Source: Paludibacter sp. (GTDB lineage Bacteria > Bacteroidota > Bacteroidia > Bacteroidales > Paludibacteraceae). From it: 64,000 bases of DNA. The position numbers and the translations under genes are program-made. The notes below the pieces were generated by a model that saw only the letters and a program-made list of their open reading frames with translations, did no database searches and was not told the origin of the DNA. The stretch covers positions 738 through 64,737 of the forward strand of contig JBAXAD010000003.1 in the NCBI GenBank assembly GCA_037142715.1. Reading direction: 5' to 3'. Below are positions 57,567-64,000 of this stretch, piece after piece; the stretch's first letter is position 1; each line of letters opens with the position of its first letter.

Positions 57567-57600
57567 AAAAAAAGGGGGAAACAAGTGAATTGTTTCCCCC
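57567..57600 (-). terminator. Intrinsic terminator after hsp20
   Basis: GGGGGAAACAA/TTGTTTCCCCC stem with T7 tail on the minus strand. Confidence 0.8.
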
Positions 57601-57626
57601 TGAACTACTGTCCCTTTATTGAAGGT

Positions 57627-58064
57627 TTACTTGATCTCAATCATTCGCGCAGGTCTTGGCCTTGCTTCTTCCTTTTTGGGGATGGCTACATGCAAAATTC
57701 CATTGTCGTAAGTTGCCGTAATGTTTTCATTATCAGCAAAATCAGGCATCGTAAACGAACGAGTGAATGATTGATAACTAAATTCATGTTTGGTAAACTG
57801 TTCACCTTCCTTAGTTTCGTTTTCAACTTTTCTTTCTGATGAAATGGTCAATAGGTTATTGTTTAACTCCAACTTAAAATCATTCTTGCTTAAGCCAGGT
57901 GCAGCCACATCTACTTCAAATGCATCTTGGTTTTCTTTAATATTTACAGATGGCAAAGTAGTATTGGTCAAAGAATAATTGCGGTTAGACCAATCAAACA
58001 AATCATTTTCAAAAAATCGGTCGAAAAACGTAGGTAGTGGATTTGAAAATTTCATGAGTGACAT
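57627..58064 (-). CDS. Hsp20/alpha-crystallin small heat-shock protein
   Basis: PSVNIKEN, AAPGL, SFTRSF and A.Y.NGIL.V.IPK motifs. Confidence 0.95.
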   Translation of the reverse strand: MSLMKFSNPLPTFFDRFFENDLFDWSNRNYSLTNTTLPSVNIKENQDAFEVDVAAPGLSKNDFKLELNNNLLTISSERKVENETKEGEQFTKHEFSYQSFTRSFTMPDFADNENITATYDNGILHVAIPKKEEARPRPARMIEIK

Positions 58065-58391
58065 AGTAGGTTCCTCCTATTTTAAAATTAAACATTTAGC
58101 AAATTTGATTCTTCATACAATTATCAAAAAAAATGCCATCAAAAATAATTGTAATATTGTCAGCATTTCAATGACATTTTTTCAATATTATATTTCAGTA
58201 AAAAAGTCAGGTTTTATTGAAACCTATCTTTTTCTATTACTATAACAATTTTGTAACACTTTCTGCTAAAAAAATGTCATATTTATATGTTATATTATTA
58301 CAAATCAACGGTTGAATCTCAAAATGGAGAAGAAATCAAAATTATTTACTATATTTGTCGTCCAAAAAAACAAATAAATATACAAGAATTC

Positions 58392-60665
58392 ATGAATAAA
58401 AAAAATCTCCTCCCAGTACTTTTCGCCTTTTTATGTCAATTGGCATTTGTTCCTGTATTTGCCATCAAGGCATATCCATTTCCAATCACAACCACACAGC
58501 CTGATGGAACCCAGCTCTCTATAAGATTGCACGGTGATGAACATCACCATTACCAAGCCACTGAAGATGGATATGTTTTAAAGGCAAACACCCAAGGTTT
58601 TTTGACTTATGCTACACTAAATACAACTGGCGAATTGATTGAAAGTAATTATATTGCAAAAAATACCAATAAAAGAACTGCCACTGAAGTTCAGTTCTTA
58701 AAAACAATCAACCAAACTGCAATTCAACAAACCTTACAAAGCTCAGCCCAAAAAAGTAAAATGAGGGCCGCCGCTTCCACACAGCCACGAAAAGCTTACC
58801 CGCTCAATGGCTCACCAAAAGCATTGGTAATTTTGGCCAATTTTAAAGACAAAGCTTTTACTGTCAGCACTCCACAATCTTCTTATCAGAACTTAGTAAC
58901 CCAAACGGGATACAGTGCCAATGGTGGAACGGGGTCAGCAAAGGATTATTTTATGGCAAGTACTTATGGTAAGTTTTCTCCCGATTTTGTAGTGGTAGGC
59001 CCTGTCACTTTACCGCAAACCCTTGATTATTATGGAAAAAACGATGCTAGTAAGCAAGATACAAACCCAGCTCAAATGATTGTGGATGCCTGTAATGCTG
59101 CAAATGTTGCTGGATTGGATTTTACCCAATTCGATACTGATGGAGATGGATTTGTTGACAACGTCTTTGTATATTATGCAGGCTATAATGAAGCTGAAGG
59201 TGGAGCTGCCAATACTATTTGGCCTCACCGCTGGAGTATTTCTTCTGCGGGAATCACTACCGGAATTACTTTCGATGGAAAGAAAATTGAAGACTACTCA
59301 TGTACCTCAGAACTTAAAGGCACAAGTGGAACAAATATGTGCGGTATTGGTACTTTCTGCCACGAGTTTGGACATGTTTTGGGTTTACCTGATTATTATG
59401 ATACATCTGGAACACAAAGCAATACATTGAACGAATGGGATATTATGGATTACGGCGCGTACAGTAATAATGGATGTACTCCTCCAACTTATTCTGCTTT
59501 TGACAGATTCTTTTTGGGCTATCTTACACCACAACAACTCAGCTCTGGGTCAGATGTTACTTTACTTCCTCTTTATCAAGGAACTACACAACCAGCAAAT
59601 ACCAATAATCAGGCGTATTTATTCTCGGCCACAACACATAATCTGAATGGAGCAGCACCTAGTCCTGCTGAATTCTTCTTAGTGGAATATAGAAAACAAA
59701 CAGGTTGGGACGCGTATTTACCGGCCGAAGGAATGTGTATATGGCATATTGATTATAATGCTACTAACTGGAATGACAATGACCCGAACAATTATACAGG
59801 AACAACACAAACAAATGCTAGTCACATGCATGTGTACCTGCAACCTTTAAGTGGCCAAACTACAACTCCAGGAACAGCGTTTACTACTGGATCTTTTACT
59901 CCTACTACTTGGAGTGGGACTAATATTAACCGTCCAATTACTTCTATTGTAAAAACTGCCAATAATGTTACTTTCAAATTGATGGGTGGTAATGTAAGTC
60001 CTACAGTATCAGCTACAGGAACATTTGCGGCATTTGCGGCCGAAATTGGAACGCCATCAGCTGTTCAAACCATTACTGTAAATGGTGTGGCATTGACAAA
60101 CAATGTGGTTGTTACGTTGCTTGACAAAACACATTTTGATGTGAAGTTATCTACAGATGCAACATGGGCCAAAACCGTTACTGTAAGCCCTACCTCTGGC
60201 AGCGTGAGCGCAACTGTTCAAGTTCGTTACAATCCCACTTCAATAGGAGCGCACACCGAGCAATTGGGTATAACTAGTGTTGGAGCCACTGCTGTAAACC
60301 TCAGCTTGAGCGGAACGGCAACTGCACCCTACAACCCAACTGCTCCAGCAATAATTGTTGGGAAAATTGACAATATGCTAGTGTTTCCAACAAAAAAATT
60401 GAATTCTACAGTATCAAAAACAGTCAATATAAAGACTACGGATATTGTAAATGATTTGTCGCTCGTAATCTCCGGAGCAAATGCAAGTCAATTCACGGTT
60501 TCAAAAGGTTCGGTAACCAAAGACTTGGTAAATGCCACAGGCGGAATAAATATCGTAGTTACTTATGCTCCAACATCCGTTGGGCAACATACAGCTACAC
60601 TTACTATATCCGGTGGTGGACTTAATCCAGACAAAGTAATTACGCTCAAAGGTGAAGGGCTTTAA
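58392..60665 (+). CDS. M6 family (immune inhibitor A-like) metalloprotease with two C-terminal Ig-like domains
   Basis: Signal peptide from the ATG at 58392, QPDG...LHGDEH propeptide, D.DGDGFVD, IWPHRW and zinc motif HEFGHVLGLPD. Confidence 0.9.
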   Translation: MNKKNLLPVLFAFLCQLAFVPVFAIKAYPFPITTTQPDGTQLSIRLHGDEHHHYQATEDGYVLKANTQGFLTYATLNTTGELIESNYIAKNTNKRTATEVQFLKTINQTAIQQTLQSSAQKSKMRAAASTQPRKAYPLNGSPKALVILANFKDKAFTVSTPQSSYQNLVTQTGYSANGGTGSAKDYFMASTYGKFSPDFVVVGPVTLPQTLDYYGKNDASKQDTNPAQMIVDACNAANVAGLDFTQFDTDGDGFVDNVFVYYAGYNEAEGGAANTIWPHRWSISSAGITTGITFDGKKIEDYSCTSELKGTSGTNMCGIGTFCHEFGHVLGLPDYYDTSGTQSNTLNEWDIMDYGAYSNNGCTPPTYSAFDRFFLGYLTPQQLSSGSDVTLLPLYQGTTQPANTNNQAYLFSATTHNLNGAAPSPAEFFLVEYRKQTGWDAYLPAEGMCIWHIDYNATNWNDNDPNNYTGTTQTNASHMHVYLQPLSGQTTTPGTAFTTGSFTPTTWSGTNINRPITSIVKTANNVTFKLMGGNVSPTVSATGTFAAFAAEIGTPSAVQTITVNGVALTNNVVVTLLDKTHFDVKLSTDATWAKTVTVSPTSGSVSATVQVRYNPTSIGAHTEQLGITSVGATAVNLSLSGTATAPYNPTAPAIIVGKIDNMLVFPTKKLNSTVSKTVNIKTTDIVNDLSLVISGANASQFTVSKGSVTKDLVNATGGINIVVTYAPTSVGQHTATLTISGGGLNPDKVITLKGEGL

Positions 60666-60672
60666 TATGCCC

Positions 60673-60731
60673 TACTACTTCAAACAAAAAAAAGGAACAG
60701 TTACTGTTCCTTTTTTTTGTTTGAAGTAGTA
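60673..60731. terminator. 28-bp perfect inverted repeat containing a bidirectional terminator
   Basis: TACTACTTCAAACAAAAAAAAGGAACAG-TTA-CTGTTCCTTTTTTTTGTTTGAAGTAGTA. Confidence 0.75.
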
Positions 60732-60952
60732 TTTTGAATACTCCATGAAATTACATTTCAAAAAGTATAAGCCAATCATCAATCCTATTAATTCATGTCT
60801 ATTCTAAAGCGAGAGCATAGACATCATACGTTTTTTATTAGCTAGAATATATCCTTTTTGAAAATACCTAGAGATTCTTTGAATGTATTAAAGAATTGCT
60901 CTAAAGGCTCATAGAAATGAGTAAATACCAAGCTTGTATGTGTCTTAAATAC

Positions 60953-61648
60953 TTATAATTTGTATGATACTGTTACAGATAATCCTGCTAAAACATCATT
61001 GCTTTTTGATGTGCCAGATGCAGGTTTAATACCATCAACTAAATCAGAAATAACATATTTCCAACCAATTTCAGCACCTAAAGAAAAATCATCAGTAATC
61101 TTATATTGATATCCAACTCCAAAGGGAATTACAGGTGCTGTATCTTTAGATACAAACTCGGTTCCTGGATAAGTGATTGGTGCATGATTGATACTGCTAT
61201 TTAATACTCCTGCGCCAAGAAAACCATAAATTATATTAGGTTCTGAACTTCTGTAACGTCTGTATCTTCCACCTCCAAATTTTATCATGTATTCTGCAGA
61301 AACAGATGCTTCAATAATCTGAGATTCAAAAGAATATCCTCTAGTTATCATTTTTGAACCAACGTCATCACCCACTTGATTCCCAAAATTAATGCTGGCT
61401 TTGTATCCAAAGTTATTTTTAAATCTCTGACGAAAGCCCAACGAAATATCGTAATTATGAACACTTGAGTAATTTGATGTGTTGAAAATTGAGCCCTGAG
61501 TATCTCCATAAAGGAAACCTGGTCCTGCTGAAAATATAATTGAATAATCGCCTGTACTTCTACGACCAATTAAACCATTTCTACGTTGCGCATTGAGTGA
61601 AGGCAGTACTAGTAAGGAGAGTAAAGAAAATAAGAGAATTTTTTTCAT
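60953..61648 (-). CDS. Small outer-membrane beta-barrel protein (DUF6089/OmpA-like barrel)
   Basis: Signal peptide; alternating strands (G..YGD, IPFGVGYQY, SLGAEIGWKY..SDLVDG); ends VTVSYKL. Confidence 0.72.
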   Translation of the reverse strand: MKKILLFSLLSLLVLPSLNAQRRNGLIGRRSTGDYSIIFSAGPGFLYGDTQGSIFNTSNYSSVHNYDISLGFRQRFKNNFGYKASINFGNQVGDDVGSKMITRGYSFESQIIEASVSAEYMIKFGGGRYRRYRSSEPNIIYGFLGAGVLNSSINHAPITYPGTEFVSKDTAPVIPFGVGYQYKITDDFSLGAEIGWKYVISDLVDGIKPASGTSKSNDVLAGLSVTVSYKL

Positions 61649-61686
61649 TCAAAAGTTGGTTTTTCTGTTTTGACAAAAACGACGCG

Positions 61687-61694
61687 CAAATATA
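61687..61694 (-). promoter_or_regulatory. Sigma-A -7 element for the beta-barrel gene
   Basis: TATATTTG(C) on the minus strand, 39 nt upstream of the ATG. Confidence 0.5.
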
Positions 61695-61848
61695 CTAATT
61701 ATATTTTGAAATATCTAATAACTAATATCATAACTTTAGCTCCCATATCTCTAGAATTACTATTAATATACCCTTTTATGAGTTTAAATTGGAACTTTTT
61801 AAGTGATAATCGCGTAATAAGATAAATATCAAACAATCATTAATTAAC

Positions 61849-61887
61849 GAAAAAGACCCAGCAATTATTTTATTGTTGGGTCTTTTC
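61849..61887. terminator. Intrinsic terminator downstream of the nucleoside kinase gene
   Basis: AAAAGACCCAGCAAT/ATTGTTGGGTCTTTT stem. Confidence 0.6.
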
Positions 61888-62078
61888 AAGTATTTGATAT
61901 ATATGTATTTGCCTGCTTTTATATTTTTCGACTATATAAAATGGAAGTATATTGAATTTTATCTTTTAGTGCTAATTTAATCCAATACACTGTCCTATGT
62001 CGGTTGAAAATTACATAATATTGATTGTTGAGAATTAATAGCAAAAAAGAATGTTCAGCATGAATTATTTATTACATT

Positions 62079-63749
62079 TTAATATCTAAAACTGCTACCT
62101 CCCACAAATTCGCGTAGCAAAGAAGTTGGTGGAATTTCACGATCATGGATGGGAACAAAGTAATTTAAGAATTTTATCAGTCTATGCGTTTCGGTATATT
62201 CATCGCAAAACTTAGGTACTTCTGCCAATATTGGCTCTGCATGTTTTTTCAGTACCGCCAGTTCAAACAATAAGGCAGAATTGAACATCACATCTGCATT
62301 TTCTTGATACGGAAAAATCCATTTCTCTTCGCCACGACGTACGCTTGGCCAGCGAGCAATGGTTTGCCGAGCGCTGTAGTTTCTAAAACGGTAATCACGT
62401 ATAATTCTGCGTAACAGGCGGGTATCAGCTGTTGGAATCCAGTTGTGGTTATCGATGGAAATGGTGGTGAGTGCCGAAACGTAAATCTTGAAAGTCGTTT
62501 CGAGCGGAATGTCCTTTATTAAGTCTGGGTTTAGTGCGTGAATTCCTTCCATAATAAATACACTGTCTTCCTTTAATTGCAGTTTCTCGCCCTTCAAATA
62601 ACGTTTTCCGTCCTCAAAATTGAAGGATGGTATTTCTATTTCTTCACCATTGAGCAACTGTTTGAGATGCTGATTGAAAAGTGGTAAATCCAAGGCATTG
62701 ATGTGCTCAAAATCCCATTCGCCATTTTCGTCCAATGGTGTTTCTTCGCGGCTTACAAAATAATTGTCGAGCGACAACACCACTGGTTTCAAGCCATTTA
62801 CATTCAATTGTATGGAAAGTCGTTTGCTGAAAGTGGTCTTGCCCGACGATGATGGCCCTGAAACCAATACAAAACGTACCTTCTGGGTTCGTTGTGAAAT
62901 CATGTCTGCAATTTTGGCCACTTTCTTTTCGTGCAGAGCTTCCGATATCTTTATCAGATTGAATGATTGATTGTTTCGGCAAGCCACATTAAATTCGCCT
63001 ACACTGTTCATATTCATGATTTTGCTCCAGCCCACAAACTCTTTGAATATGTCGAACATCTTGGGTAACAAAACGATTTTCTCAAGTTCAAAAGGATTTT
63101 CGCGGTTGGGAACGCCAAGCAACAGTCCGTCATAATACATTTGCAAATCGTACAAATCCAGGTAGTTGGTTGATGGCAGAAGTACGCCATTGTAATAATC
63201 GATATAATCGTCGATGCGGAAAAAACGGCAATATGGATTGCCCAGTGTTTCGAAAAGTGCTATTTGGTCTTCGTCATTGGCTTGATTTGAAAACAATTCT
63301 ATCACCTCTCTTGTCTGTTTTTCTTCGCTAATAATTTGTTTTCCCTCAGAAATTATCAAATTGACACGTTCTTTGATTTCTGAGATAATTTCGGGTGTCA
63401 AAGATTGTCCCAGATTTTCTAGTTTGCAATAATAGCCTTTCGAAATGGGGTGTTCTATGCAAAGTGTGGCGGCAGGAAAAAGCTCCGAAATGGCTTTTGA
63501 AAGCACCATACACAGTGTTCTGACATAAACGCGCATTCCCGAAGGGGTGCTCGAATCAATAAACTCTATGTCTTTGGGTTTGTATATTAAGAAATTCAAA
63601 TCTTCCACTTTGTAGTTCACGCGTGCAGCCACCACTTGGTACTTTAATTCAATTTGCAAATCATCAAATACTTCTATTAGCGAAGTGCCCAAGGGGTAAT
63701 TGTGATAAGTCTTTGTGTTTTTGCAAAAAATAGTTACTTGTTTCTCCAT
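62079..63749 (-). CDS. Nucleoside (uridine) kinase with N-terminal ThrRS/TGS-like domain
   Basis: P-loop SGPSSSGKTT, LSLDNYF, MEGIHALN and RLLRRIIRD motifs. ATG at 63749 preferred to the track start at 63935. Confidence 0.9.
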   Translation of the reverse strand: MEKQVTIFCKNTKTYHNYPLGTSLIEVFDDLQIELKYQVVAARVNYKVEDLNFLIYKPKDIEFIDSSTPSGMRVYVRTLCMVLSKAISELFPAATLCIEHPISKGYYCKLENLGQSLTPEIISEIKERVNLIISEGKQIISEEKQTREVIELFSNQANDEDQIALFETLGNPYCRFFRIDDYIDYYNGVLLPSTNYLDLYDLQMYYDGLLLGVPNRENPFELEKIVLLPKMFDIFKEFVGWSKIMNMNSVGEFNVACRNNQSFNLIKISEALHEKKVAKIADMISQRTQKVRFVLVSGPSSSGKTTFSKRLSIQLNVNGLKPVVLSLDNYFVSREETPLDENGEWDFEHINALDLPLFNQHLKQLLNGEEIEIPSFNFEDGKRYLKGEKLQLKEDSVFIMEGIHALNPDLIKDIPLETTFKIYVSALTTISIDNHNWIPTADTRLLRRIIRDYRFRNYSARQTIARWPSVRRGEEKWIFPYQENADVMFNSALLFELAVLKKHAEPILAEVPKFCDEYTETHRLIKFLNYFVPIHDREIPPTSLLREFVGGSSFRY

Positions 63750-64000
63750 GATGACTGATTGGTAATTGGTTAACTTCCAATTGTTTTTTTGATTGGTTAT
63801 TGAAAAATAGGGCTTATTGTCTGACGTTTTACTAGCTTTTAGAAACTTGAGAAATAATCCGCGTAAAATTACATCATTTTTTTTAATTGTAATTATTTGA
63901 GGGTCTCTTAATTTTGAATTACTTTTGTAACCCACAAAATTGAAGGATGAAATAAAAATTTCCTATTTTTCAATAGTTCGTTATAAAAAAAGATTTTTTG

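Noticed and set aside
58287-58391. Track start sites extending ORFs upstream (1221, 57444, 58287, 63935)
   Set aside because: Extensions overlap promoter elements or precede signal peptides and conserved N-termini; downstream ATGs chosen.
251-62982. Numerous 60-165 aa ORFs antisense to or nested within long genes (e.g. 16730-17110, 28337-28834, 37355-37801, 52596-53093)
   Set aside because: Shadow ORFs of well-supported genes; no motifs or independent expression signals.

Overview
AT-rich Bacteroidota (Bacteroidales, probably Paludibacter-like; inferred from gene order and TAnnTTTG promoters) chromosomal window. Housekeeping blocks are rpmH-PASTA-rluD-ddl-polyprenyl synthase, upp/acyl-CoA ligase/proC/thiL/rpiB, prfB with its +1 frameshift, rpoN, ychF, Hsp20 and a nucleoside kinase. 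The main accessory feature is a ~25 kb signalling island (27477-52230): a CheB-CheR-PAS fusion, a REP-flanked HUH/Y1 (RAYT) transposase, five tandem paralogous multi-PAS HisKA_3 kinases with different input domains (one interrupted by an in-frame TAG), and two NarL-type regulators. No chemoreceptor, CheA or CheW is present in the window. Also present: a GNAT-ovoA operon whose methyltransferase domain looks degenerate, two DUF2271-like lipoproteins with FMN-attachment-type motifs, an ECF/FecR/STN-small-barrel/lipoprotein cassette, two RhuM-family genes, an M6 metalloprotease, and at least four families of intergenic palindromic or heptameric repeats. No rRNA, tRNA or CRISPR array was seen. All family assignments come from motif recognition by eye; no database searches were run.
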